From: Candidatus Magasanikbacteria bacterium RIFOXYB2_FULL_38_10 | GTDB lineage: Bacteria > Patescibacteriota > Patescibacteriia > Magasanikbacterales > UBA10003 | DNA: 51,207 nucleotides | Assembly (NCBI GenBank): GCA_001783145.1 | Contig: MFQT01000009.1 | Location: 1-51,207 of the forward strand | Direction: 5' to 3' | Shown: piece by piece, positions 1 through 8,882 of the stretch | How the letters are laid out: each line of letters opens with the position of its first letter | How positions within the stretch are numbered: position 1 is the first letter of the stretch | Notes under the pieces: model-generated | The model's input: the letters and a program-made list of their open reading frames with translations, nothing else | Told to the model about the DNA's origin: nothing | Database searches by the model: none | Program-made: the position numbers and the translations under genes

Positions 1-437
1 GCTTGTTTTTCTTCCGTTTCCAACAAAAAATCCAACCTTCGTCGCAAATCCCTAACCTTGCTCCTAACCTCGGCTATATCTTCCGTGGCTTTAATAATCG
101 TCGCTTCCGCTTGTTTTATCTTGATCTCTTGAACAAAAGCATCTCCGCGGCGAGATCGTATTTCCTGACGATGTATCTCATTAACGCTAATTAGCCTTTT
201 TGCTTCTCTTATCTGGTCTGTAAGCTGTTCAATCCTCTCTTCAAAAACAGCCTTCTGTGTTTCCAAAACCGTCTTTTTTCTTTCTTGTTCGTCCTTTTTT
301 TCTTCTGCTTGTCGCTGTGTCTTTTCAGCGTCACGGGCTTCCCAATCTATCAACACGCCTTTAAAATCGGCAGTCCTCCTAGAACCATCTGGTTTATATA
401 AATTAGGGTCTAAAGGTCTTTTCACTTCTCTTATCAT
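1..437 (-). CDS. Charged coiled-coil protein; N-terminus present, 3' end runs off the left edge
   Basis: Absent from the ORF track because no stop lies in the window. My translation from the ATG at 437-435 gives MIREVKRPLDPNLYKPDGSRR...AEEKKDEQERKK...RRRLDFLLETEEKQ, open to position 3. It starts 6 nt after the NIF3 stop, so it looks operonic. Confidence 0.55.
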   Translation of the reverse strand, partial: MIREVKRPLDPNLYKPDGSRRTADFKGVLIDWEARDAEKTQRQAEEKKDEQERKKTVLETQKAVFEERIEQLTDQIREAKRLISVNEIHRQEIRSRRGDAFVQEIKIKQAEATIIKATEDIAEVRSKVRDLRRRLDFLLETEEKQ

Positions 438-442
438 ATATT

Positions 443-1405
443 TTATTTTTTAACCCTGCTCACTCTAATTAAACCGGAGCAAGGTAAAATTTTAATTCCC
501 TTCTTTTCCAGCTCATCCAAAAACAAATTCATCCCTAAAGAATCCGAGGCCATATGTCCGGCAAAAATCAGATTTAAAAAAGATCCTCTAGCCTCATTAA
601 AGCCCTTGTCATTCATGTGCATACTAATAACAGTACTAATACCCGCCTTAGAAACTTCTTGATAAATTTTTTCCGAAGGGTTGGTGCCGCCGGTCATTTC
701 TATCATAAATTTGCCCAAACGATTCTCCGGACGGCCGGAAGTGATTTTAGGTCCCGCGCCTTGATGTTTGGCAATTTGATACTCGGGAATTTCCATTAAA
801 GCCTTTAAGGTTTCTCCCACTGTTTCCGGTGCTTTCTTTTTAAGAAAATCTTTAATAAATTTTTGCACCAAATTATCCGTCAAAGTGTGCGTATTCATCA
901 AATTAACTTTTAAAAGTTTGGCGGCATCAATGGCCTGATAATGATTGATAGGATGCACTCCGCGGCTAACTTCTATCATTCGATCATGAATTAAATTTTC
1001 CGCCACATGCACGGGGACACCCACCTCTACAAAACTATCAACCAATAAATCCATCACTTCAGAAAGCTCGGCATAAGATTTACCAATAGGATGATGGCCC
1101 AAGATTAAATCTATCTTTTCTCCACGTTCTTGTAAATTGGCGGCCAACAATACTTCCCCCACATCAATATCAATACCGGCCAAAACAGAACGCACTTCTA
1201 ACTTAGGCGAGTCCGCCAAATGAATAGAAGAATCGGCATAAGGATCTTGCAATTTTGTCTCGTCAAAATATTTTTTTTCTTCAGCCGATAAACTCTCATA
1301 GTATTTTTTTATCTTGGCCAAATATTTTTTGACCCCTTTTTCTCCGCGCAGATCTGTTTTTAAACCCAATTGCAGAGCCAGATTATAAATTTGTTGAATT
1401 GTCAT
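443..1405 (-). CDS. NIF3 (DUF34/YbgI) family dinuclear-metal-centre protein
   Basis: 320 aa. The ILGHHP metal-binding motif, the C-terminal AGHMASD block and the overall length fit the NIF3 family. Confidence 0.85.
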   Translation of the reverse strand: MTIQQIYNLALQLGLKTDLRGEKGVKKYLAKIKKYYESLSAEEKKYFDETKLQDPYADSSIHLADSPKLEVRSVLAGIDIDVGEVLLAANLQERGEKIDLILGHHPIGKSYAELSEVMDLLVDSFVEVGVPVHVAENLIHDRMIEVSRGVHPINHYQAIDAAKLLKVNLMNTHTLTDNLVQKFIKDFLKKKAPETVGETLKALMEIPEYQIAKHQGAGPKITSGRPENRLGKFMIEMTGGTNPSEKIYQEVSKAGISTVISMHMNDKGFNEARGSFLNLIFAGHMASDSLGMNLFLDELEKKGIKILPCSGLIRVSRVKK

Positions 1406-1502
1406 AAAAAAGATTAAATTTTACTTTTCTTTATCTTAGCAAAAAAATAGAGAAAAATCAAGAGCATGTTCACAATATTTTTTAGCCAAATTTAGCTAAA
1501 AA

Positions 1503-1540
1503 ATAAAAAAGAGACCCATCTTTAGTTAGAGGGGTCCCTT
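1503..1540 (-). terminator. Intrinsic terminator after the 1561-2373 gene
   Basis: Minus strand reads GGGACCCCTC-taactaaa-GATGGGTCTC followed by TTTTTTATTTTTT. Confidence 0.5.
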
Positions 1541-1560
1541 TAAAAAACCTAAATTTTATC

Positions 1561-2373
1561 TTATCGTACTACCCATTTTGACCTTTGTTCTGTCTCATTT
1601 AAAAAACGATCCTTTTTAGCCGCTACTTTATCTCCAGCCTTAGCTACCTTAGAAATCAAAGCCTCCTGCATTTCTCTGTAAGCCTGATAACGCTTATATT
1701 CTTCAGTCTTTTCCATTTTTCTTTTCTTAAAACCAAACAAATCCCAACCTTTAACTTTTCCCTCGGGTGTTAAATCCATTTTTTTCTCCAAATCATCTAC
1801 GGTTTTGGCAATTTTTGTCCTTAAAAGACCTAAATCTTTTTTAACAAAAATTTCTCCAAAAGAATTGTCTCCAGCCAGAGTATCTTTATATTGTTGATCA
1901 ATAATAATGCTATCCATTGTTTTATCAAACAAATCTTCTGTTTTCTTTTTACGATCCGCTTCTTTATATTTTAAAGCTTGAGCCGCTAGTTCTTTTTCTG
2001 ATTGTTCCCTAAGCTGCTGGGATTCTGCACCTGTTCCTTCTGCTAAAACGCTCGCCCTTTCTTTTATCGCTCTCAAAGTTTTGGCTTCATAAGTTTCTCC
2101 TTTTGGAGTAACCAAAACATCTTCTTCCGCGTTTGAGGGTTCTATTTTTGGAGTCTCAATTTTTGCCATTCTTTTTTTACCAGCCTCTCCGGTTCTAGCC
2201 GCTCTTAATTCTTCAAAACGCACTCTAGCTTCTGAGGCAGTTTTGGTTCTTTTGACAAGAGGCACGACCTCCCCTGCTTTTTTAACACCTTTTTTTGATT
2301 TTTCCCCTGTAAAATTTACTTCCTCGGGAAGCAAACCCATTTCGCTTGAAGAAACTCTTAAGGTTTCGGCCAT
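1561..2373 (-). CDS. Hypothetical Lys/Glu-rich protein
   Basis: 270-aa ORF with a highly charged, helical-looking composition. I recognise no family motif. Confidence 0.55.
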   Translation of the reverse strand: MAETLRVSSSEMGLLPEEVNFTGEKSKKGVKKAGEVVPLVKRTKTASEARVRFEELRAARTGEAGKKRMAKIETPKIEPSNAEEDVLVTPKGETYEAKTLRAIKERASVLAEGTGAESQQLREQSEKELAAQALKYKEADRKKKTEDLFDKTMDSIIIDQQYKDTLAGDNSFGEIFVKKDLGLLRTKIAKTVDDLEKKMDLTPEGKVKGWDLFGFKKRKMEKTEEYKRYQAYREMQEALISKVAKAGDKVAAKKDRFLNETEQRSKWVVR

Positions 2374-2453
2374 ATATTTATATAAAAAAATTAATACTAA
2401 AAACTTGATGAATTTATTATAACATATCTAAAAAAATAAAAAAACATCTTAAA

Positions 2454-5354
2454 TTAACTAAAATTTACTTTAATTTCCTTGCCTTCCACTTCGCCTTGAA
2501 AACCTTTTTCACCAACCTTGCCTAAAATTATTTCTTTGGCTAAAACCTGAGCAGACAAAATATCTACACTATCTTTAATAACTTTTTGCAATTCCCCGTC
2601 AGCTGTTTCTACTGTCATTACCACCTGGTCTTTAATTGTTAATCCTGCATTTTTACGCAACTGATTAAGAGCGCGCACAATTTCGCGAATCATTCCTTCG
2701 GCTTTTAGTTGTTCATCTATTTTTATATTAAGGGCTATTGACAAGGTACCTTCAATCTTAATTAACCAATTTTCACCCTGCAAATCACTAAAATCTTTAA
2801 CTACCCTAACTTCTTTAATATTTAATTCTTCGGAGATAATTTTAATCAATTCTTCATTTAATTGAAAATTGGCAATACACATAGCACTTAAAGGTTGGCG
2901 CACCTTGAGTGTCTTTTCTGCTCGCGCGGACAAACCTAATTCCACTATCTTTCTAGCTAATTCCATTTCTTTTAAAATCTCCCAATTGATTTTTTCTTCT
3001 TGTGCCAATGGCCAATCATCCAAATGCACAGATTCTTCTTTTCCATCTAAACGGGCATAAAATCTTTCACTGACAAAAGGCATGAAAGGCGCTAGCAATT
3101 TAACCAAATTTTCCAAAACAAAACGCAAAGTGGCAGCACAGTTTTCTTTGTCTTCTCCCTCGCCTTTTAATCTTTCGCGACTGCGACGCACATACCAAGT
3201 GGAAAGCTCGTTGATAAAATCAATCAGCCGGCGTGAGGCTTCAAAAACATGATAACAATCTAAATCTCTATTCATGTCTTTTATCAAAACAAAAAATTTG
3301 GCTATAATCCATTTATCCAAAAGATGGGGCGACCCGACATATTTTTGGGCAGTGTCCTTTTTATACATCTCATAAAAATTCATAACATTACCCAAAAGCA
3401 TTATCACTTTGCGTAAAATTTCTTCCACTTCTTTTTCATCAAAATTTTTAGGTTCGCCGGGTTGATTCAAAGAAAATAAATACATGCGCAAAGCATCCAC
3501 GCCAAACTTATCGGCAATCATCCACGGATCCACCACATTACCCTTAGACTTGCTCATTTTTTTACCTTCCTTGTCGCGAATATGTCCCAGACAAATCACA
3601 TTTTTATATGGCGCGCCCTGACCAAGCAAAGTGGAAACGGCGAGTAGTGTATAAAACCAGCCGCGGGTTTGATCAATGGCCTCGGAAATAAAATCAGCAG
3701 GAAACTGCTCTCCTTTATCAATCAAATTTTTATTCTCAAAAGGATAATGATACTGGGCGAAAGGCATGGCACCGGAATCATACCAGCAATCAAAAACATC
3801 GGAAATTCTTTTCATTTCTCCACCGCAAGAACAAACAAATTTTAAATTATCAATAAAAGGGCGATGCAAATCAACCTCCCCATCTTTATTTTTAGGCAAA
3901 GCACCGGCCCTTTTTTGCAATTCCTCTAAACTGCCGATAATTTCCTTTTGGTCGCATTTCTCACAAATCCAAATTGGCAAAGGAGTACCCCAATAACGCT
4001 GACGAGAAATGGCCCAGTCTCTAATATTGCTTAACCATTCGCCAAAGCGGCCTTCTTTAATATAGTCCGGCACCCAATTAATTTTTTCATTATTTTTGAG
4101 TAAATCCTTTTGCACGGCAGAAATTTTAATAAACCAAGAATCTTTAGCATAATACAAAAGCGGGCTGTCACAACGCCAGCAAAAAGGATAATCATGGGCG
4201 TATTTTTCTTCAGCTAAAAATAAGCCGCGAGATTTCAAATCTTCTATTATCCCCTTTTCCACTTCCGGATTTTTTACAAATTGACCAGCCCAATTTTTAA
4301 CCATTGGTAAAAAATGACCATTCTCGTCTACTGTATGCACAAAAGGCAAATTATATTTTTCTCCAAAATTAAAATCGTCTTCGCCATACATTACCGCTGT
4401 GTGCACTATGCCAGTACCATCAACAGTGGAAACAAAATCACCAGTACCCACAAACCAAGCTTTTTTACCTTGCGGATCTAAAACTCCGGGAAAAAGGGGT
4501 TCGTATTCCAAACCTTCTAAATCTTGACCCTTAAATTCTTCAACAATTTCCGTGGAAGCATCCAAAACCTGTTCTACTAAAGTTTTGGCCAAGATGTAAA
4601 ATTCATCATTGTGCTTTACTTTGACATAAACTATTTCCGACCCAACCGCCAAACCCACGTTGCCCGGCAAAGTCCAGGGGGTGGTGGTCCAAGAAAGAAT
4701 AAAAGTTTTATCCTGTTCTTTAACTTTAAATTTTACATAAACCGAGGTGTCTTCCACATTTTTATAACCTTGCGCCACTTCGTGAGAAGAAAGAGCCGTG
4801 CCACAACGAGGACATTGCGGAACAACTTTGTAGCCCTTGTACACCAAACCGCGCTTGTCTATTTCTTTAAAAATCCACCATAAACTTTCTATATAATCAT
4901 TGCGATAAGTGACATAAGGATGTTCCAAATCCAGCCAAAAGCCAATACGCCGGGTTAATTTTTCCCACTCGTCTTGATATTTCCAAACGCTTTCTTGGCA
5001 TTTTTGATTAAATTCCTCCACGCCATATTTTTCTATCTCCGGTTTGCCGGAAATGCCCAATTCCTTTTCTACTTGCAATTCCACAGGCAGACCGTGCGTA
5101 TCCCAGCCGGCTTTACGTTCCACGTGGTAGCCTTGCATAGTGCGAAAACGCAAAATAATATCTTTAAAAGACCTGGCCAAAATATGATGAATACCCGGAC
5201 GGCCGTTAGCCGTTGGAGGTCCTTCAAAAAAAACAAAATTGCCCTTAGGAGATTTTTTCTCTAGAGTTTTTTGAAAGATATTTTTCTCCGCCCACATTCT
5301 TAAAACTTCCTCTTCATTTTGAGCAAAAAGGGATTTTTTATTTTGAGATTGCAT
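2454..5354 (-). CDS. ileS: Isoleucyl-tRNA synthetase (type 2-like architecture)
   Basis: 966 aa. Class I HIGH-type motif PTANGRPGIHH, KMSKS motif (KKMSKSKGN), and the WTTTPWTLP and CWRC blocks typical of IleRS. Confidence 0.97.
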   Translation of the reverse strand: MQSQNKKSLFAQNEEEVLRMWAEKNIFQKTLEKKSPKGNFVFFEGPPTANGRPGIHHILARSFKDIILRFRTMQGYHVERKAGWDTHGLPVELQVEKELGISGKPEIEKYGVEEFNQKCQESVWKYQDEWEKLTRRIGFWLDLEHPYVTYRNDYIESLWWIFKEIDKRGLVYKGYKVVPQCPRCGTALSSHEVAQGYKNVEDTSVYVKFKVKEQDKTFILSWTTTPWTLPGNVGLAVGSEIVYVKVKHNDEFYILAKTLVEQVLDASTEIVEEFKGQDLEGLEYEPLFPGVLDPQGKKAWFVGTGDFVSTVDGTGIVHTAVMYGEDDFNFGEKYNLPFVHTVDENGHFLPMVKNWAGQFVKNPEVEKGIIEDLKSRGLFLAEEKYAHDYPFCWRCDSPLLYYAKDSWFIKISAVQKDLLKNNEKINWVPDYIKEGRFGEWLSNIRDWAISRQRYWGTPLPIWICEKCDQKEIIGSLEELQKRAGALPKNKDGEVDLHRPFIDNLKFVCSCGGEMKRISDVFDCWYDSGAMPFAQYHYPFENKNLIDKGEQFPADFISEAIDQTRGWFYTLLAVSTLLGQGAPYKNVICLGHIRDKEGKKMSKSKGNVVDPWMIADKFGVDALRMYLFSLNQPGEPKNFDEKEVEEILRKVIMLLGNVMNFYEMYKKDTAQKYVGSPHLLDKWIIAKFFVLIKDMNRDLDCYHVFEASRRLIDFINELSTWYVRRSRERLKGEGEDKENCAATLRFVLENLVKLLAPFMPFVSERFYARLDGKEESVHLDDWPLAQEEKINWEILKEMELARKIVELGLSARAEKTLKVRQPLSAMCIANFQLNEELIKIISEELNIKEVRVVKDFSDLQGENWLIKIEGTLSIALNIKIDEQLKAEGMIREIVRALNQLRKNAGLTIKDQVVMTVETADGELQKVIKDSVDILSAQVLAKEIILGKVGEKGFQGEVEGKEIKVNFS

Positions 5355-5374
5355 AAAAACAAATTTTTAATAAT

Positions 5375-5550
5375 TAAAAAACACGCTTTTAGCGTGCCAA
5401 GAGTCTAGCTCCGCCAACCAGCGGATGGCGCTAGACGGTACCATCTTGAACTTTAACTTAATTACGGCTGTAATGGGCCTGCCCAGAAGGTTCTACTTGC
5501 CTTTTGAGGCGTTCTTCCTTCAGCTCCCCGCTGATTAGCGGATCAAAGCG
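5375..5550 (-). promoter_or_regulatory. T-box leader RNA upstream of ileS
   Basis: Minus strand contains AGATGGTACCGTC (5446-5434), close to the T-box consensus GGGUGGUACCGCG. A UGGUACC bulge (5443-5437) is flanked by helices CAAGA/TCTTG (5448-5444 with 5402-5398) and GTCTAGC/GCTAGAC (5436-5430 with 5409-5403). A candidate specifier AUU followed by A lies at 5474-5471. The hairpin CACGCT-aaa-AGCGTG plus T6 (5396-5376) precedes the ATG. Confidence 0.75.
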
Positions 5551-5582
5551 TTAAATATAGTTTAACAAAAGCCCTAAAAAAG

Positions 5583-6836
5583 TCAATTCGCCGCCGGAAC
5601 TTCCTCGGCTATTTTATCCATTTCCCGTCTTAATTGTTTACCCCGACGTTGTAATTTTTTCAAATTGCTAAAATCGTTAATTTTCTTAAAAAGATCATAA
5701 GGAAAACTGGAACGAGTAAGAGCCTCATCCTTACTATTTTTAACAAAATCAAATAAAGACTTCAAATCCTCCAATTCTTTGGTATTATTACCTTCTTCCA
5801 TTTCTGCTAAAATTATCTTTCCCATATCTCCTTGCAATAAATCCAAAGCATTAATGGCCTGCCATGCATCAATAATATATTTTTCCTTTTCTTCATTACT
5901 GGCCTGAATAGACAATGGGGCTTTGTCCAAAATTTTTAATTTGGGAAGACAACTCCTCAATTCTCCAAGGGCCGGAAAATATTCTGACAATTTTTGCAAT
6001 TTTTTATCAATAGTTTTGGCGATTCTTAACTTAACTATTTCGTCTTCCATCCTACTTATAAAATCGAGAAAAGTAGAAGCTCCAAAACCCATAGTCGCTC
6101 CCTTCCTTTCCGCCATTTCTTTTGCTTCTTCTGTCACTTTATCAGTCAGTTCAGCTAATTTGTCATCTAAATTTTTTTGATCAATCCGTTTAGTTAATAA
6201 CTCTCCCTTATCATCCATAACACCAGTAGCGCCGGGTTTATCCATCCAAGGCATTGCGTGCCATGGCACATCCTCAATCTCGTCGGTCGTAAAAATTGAT
6301 GATTGATTAACCGTTATACCAAAAAAGGTATTTTCAAAAAGTTTTTTTGCAATTAACAACGACGTGCCGGTACTCATCACTTCATCCACCAACAAAATAT
6401 TTTTCTTATCAAATTGATGGCCGAAAATATTTTGTAAACCCTCAACGTTAGAGGAAAAAACTTCCGGAGCCCATGCTTGGGGATTACCAACATTACGAGT
6501 ATATTCTCTGGCTTCGTAAACAGGATTATCTCTGCCAATGTTGACAAAATTTATCTGCGGCATTTTTTCTTCAGGGCAGATTCTTTCCCACATTTTTCTA
6601 AAAAGCCAGGAAATTGGTCGCGCGCTTTTATCCAAAAACACCAAGGCGTCATAATGTTCTTCACGAGCGGTATTCACCAAACCCCAGACTCGATTTTTAA
6701 GTCTCTCCCGCAAGTCGGAAGAGGTTATAATCTCAAACTTAAATTCGCCATCCTTCTTTTCTTTAGATGTTTTGGCCTCTTTTTGAGGTTTTAGCCCCAA
6801 CTCTTCTCTAAAATATTGTAAGTTCTCAGCGCGCAT
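5583..6836 (-). CDS. Phosphoribosyltransferase-domain protein with a long helical C-terminal extension
   Basis: 417 aa. The PRPP-binding-loop-like motif ILLVDEVMSTGTS marks a type I PRTase fold. The roughly 200-aa charged C-terminal region is unassigned. Confidence 0.65.
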   Translation of the reverse strand: MRAENLQYFREELGLKPQKEAKTSKEKKDGEFKFEIITSSDLRERLKNRVWGLVNTAREEHYDALVFLDKSARPISWLFRKMWERICPEEKMPQINFVNIGRDNPVYEAREYTRNVGNPQAWAPEVFSSNVEGLQNIFGHQFDKKNILLVDEVMSTGTSLLIAKKLFENTFFGITVNQSSIFTTDEIEDVPWHAMPWMDKPGATGVMDDKGELLTKRIDQKNLDDKLAELTDKVTEEAKEMAERKGATMGFGASTFLDFISRMEDEIVKLRIAKTIDKKLQKLSEYFPALGELRSCLPKLKILDKAPLSIQASNEEKEKYIIDAWQAINALDLLQGDMGKIILAEMEEGNNTKELEDLKSLFDFVKNSKDEALTRSSFPYDLFKKINDFSNLKKLQRRGKQLRREMDKIAEEVPAAN

Positions 6837-6885
6837 AGTTTTTATATGCTAATTATAACCTACCAAGTATGATTTATCAATAAAA

Positions 6886-6918
6886 TATAAAAAACCGCCA
6901 TTCAAAATGAATAGCGGG
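6886..6918 (-). terminator. Intrinsic terminator after the GC-rich gene
   Basis: Minus strand reads CCGCTATTCAttttGAATGGCGG followed by TTTTTTATATTTT. Confidence 0.6.
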
Positions 6919-6936
6919 TTGGATTTAAAAGAACGA

Positions 6937-7623
6937 TCAATTGAGGAGAATAGAAAGACCGCCCCCCAGGCCGCGCTTGTTTAGGCGGTCGTTGACGGCA
7001 TCGACCACGCCGTCCACCACTTTATCAAAGACCCGAGGGATCAACTTCTGTACGAACTTCTTGATATTCTTTGGGCGCGGTGGTTCCAGCCCTTCCCGCA
7101 AAAAAATCTGCGTGATGGCCAGCGCCTCTACGATGGTGGCGTGCTGCGTCTGTTCATCCAACCTAGACCACTGGGCCGCGCGGATTTCGAGCCTAGCCAT
7201 CCGCTCCTTGAGTTGCTTGCCCAGCATCTTGGCCGTACGGTCCACGTACCTGTAACCAACAACCTCGTCGTTGTACAGTCTGCGTGTATCTTCTTCCCGA
7301 CAGATGACTTGCGGCAGGATCGGGCTACTTACGTTGGCCACGTCGTAAATACCAATGAAGTCGTGTGTAGTGCCGATGCGAATACAATTGTCGCTAAGGG
7401 CACTGACATCAGCGCTCATGTTAATGAAGTGAAAAAACACCACGCCGTCCTTCTTCGCCTCGATGGTGAAAGTACAACCCGAGGCCCCGCAGGACGGAGT
7501 AGAGGTAAACTCAAAGTTGCCCGACGTCCATGTTTCCGGCCGGTCTTCCGCCGTGAGCGGATCGGGCTGAGCCAAGGCCACGTTCCCCATCAGACACAAG
7601 GACAAAATGATCCAGAAAGGCAT
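6937..7623 (-). CDS. Secreted hypothetical protein encoded by a compositionally foreign (GC-rich) gene
   Basis: 228 aa with an N-terminal signal-peptide-like segment (MPFWIILSLCLMGNVALAQP). A strong SD (GGAGGGAATTATG) precedes the start and a terminator follows the stop. Hand count: 42/60 G+C at 6961-7020, against 14/60 at 6841-6900. Confidence 0.7.
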   Translation of the reverse strand: MPFWIILSLCLMGNVALAQPDPLTAEDRPETWTSGNFEFTSTPSCGASGCTFTIEAKKDGVVFFHFINMSADVSALSDNCIRIGTTHDFIGIYDVANVSSPILPQVICREEDTRRLYNDEVVGYRYVDRTAKMLGKQLKERMARLEIRAAQWSRLDEQTQHATIVEALAITQIFLREGLEPPRPKNIKKFVQKLIPRVFDKVVDGVVDAVNDRLNKRGLGGGLSILLN

Positions 7624-7673
7624 AATTCCCTCCAGGGAAATGATTGCCCACAGCTTAGCAAAAAATTACCTTT

Positions 7674-7702
7674 TTGTCAAGCCCTCTCCAAATTGCTATA
7701 AT
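7674..7702 (+). promoter_or_regulatory. Sigma70-type promoter of the rpiB-ldh operon
   Basis: TTGTCA, 17-nt spacer, TATAAT. It lies 45 nt upstream of the rpiB ATG. Confidence 0.6.
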
Positions 7703-7746
7703 AATCAGAGATAAGACTGATAAAAATCAACATTAATAAACTTAAT

Positions 7747-8202
7747 ATGGAAAACACCGATAAATCAATTTTTATTGCCACCGATCACGCCGGTTTTAAT
7801 CTTAAAGAAGAGATTAAAAATAAACTTAAGGAACTTGGCTACCTTCTAGAAGATTTAACACCCAATCAGCCGGAACCCGCCGACGACTACCCACTGGTTG
7901 CTCAAAAATTGGTTAGTGAAATTTTAAAAAATAACGGTCGGGGAATTTTACTCTGCGGCTCGGGCAATGGTATTTGCATGGCCGCCAACAAAATAAAAGG
8001 CATACGCGCTGCCTTAGGCTATAACACCCAGGCGGCCAAATGGGCCCGCACCGATGAGGACGCCAATGTCTTATGCTTGGCCGGAGCGGTTTTGAGTCCC
8101 GAATATGCCACCACCATTACCAAATTTTTTTTAGATACACCTTTTTCTAATGAGGAAAGGTATAAAAGAAGGATTGAGGAATTAACTAAATTAGATAAAT
8201 AA
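7747..8202 (+). CDS. rpiB: Ribose-5-phosphate isomerase B (RpiB/LacAB family)
   Basis: 151 aa. IATDHAGF and LLCGSGNGICMAANK motifs. Confidence 0.9.
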   Translation: MENTDKSIFIATDHAGFNLKEEIKNKLKELGYLLEDLTPNQPEPADDYPLVAQKLVSEILKNNGRGILLCGSGNGICMAANKIKGIRAALGYNTQAAKWARTDEDANVLCLAGAVLSPEYATTITKFFLDTPFSNEERYKRRIEELTKLDK

Positions 8203-8205
8203 TCT

Positions 8206-8838
8206 ATGCAAATTATTCCCGCTATTCTCGCCACTAATCCGGAAATTTTTCAACAACAACTGCAACAAGTGGAAAATTTAACCGATTTAGTCCACATTGA
8301 CGTTTGCGACGGATTTTTTGTGCCGGAAAAAACCGTAGATCCGGATTCGCTCCGCTCTATTCAAACTCCGGTACAGTTTGAATTACATCTGATGGTACAA
8401 AATCCAGCCCAAGAAATAGAAAGATGGTATAATTTCCCCAACATTCAAAGGGTTATTTTTCATCTGGAAGCCGCCAAAATACCTGTAGCTTCCATAGAAC
8501 ACATAGAAGCCTATGGTTATAAAGCCGGGGTGGCCGTTAATCCCGAGACGACTTTGGAACAAATTGGTGCCACTGGCTATGAAGCGGATTTAATGATGTT
8601 TTTAGCAGTTCATCCAGGCAAGCAAGGCCAGGCCTTTTTACCGGAAGTTTTAGAAAAAATAAAGCTTTTTAAAGAAAAACATCCCAATACACCAGTGGGA
8701 ATTGACGGCGGCATTCACATTCCAGAATTAGAAACCATTAAAAATCTTAATCTGGATTATGTGGTAATGGGCAGTGAAATTTTTAACAATCCCGAACCCG
8801 CTAAACATTTTAAAGAGTTACAGGAATTAATTAAATAA
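8206..8838 (+). CDS. rpe: Ribulose-phosphate 3-epimerase family protein
   Basis: 210 aa. HIDVCDGFFVP resembles the Rpe motif H-x-D-x-M-DG-x-FVP. The length fits a TIM barrel, and the gene is adjacent to rpiB. Confidence 0.78.
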   Translation: MQIIPAILATNPEIFQQQLQQVENLTDLVHIDVCDGFFVPEKTVDPDSLRSIQTPVQFELHLMVQNPAQEIERWYNFPNIQRVIFHLEAAKIPVASIEHIEAYGYKAGVAVNPETTLEQIGATGYEADLMMFLAVHPGKQGQAFLPEVLEKIKLFKEKHPNTPVGIDGGIHIPELETIKNLNLDYVVMGSEIFNNPEPAKHFKELQELIK

Positions 8839-8882
8839 ATTTGTCTGCCCCGCCTAAAAGGCTCGGGGACTAATATAATACT

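Noticed and set aside
2869-5264. Numerous 60-160-aa ORFs antisense to ileS, the ATPases, rpoB and rpoC
   Set aside because: They are embedded in and antisense to long, well-supported genes, with low-complexity or Arg/Ser/Phe-rich products and no signals.
6941-7701. Plus-strand ORFs 6941-7255 (104 aa) and 7141-7701 (186 aa) opposite the GC-rich gene
   Set aside because: Long antisense ORFs are expected in GC-rich DNA. Their products are Arg/Pro/Ser-rich junk-like sequence. The minus-strand ORF has the signal peptide, SD and terminator, and 7141-7701 would run through the rpiB promoter.
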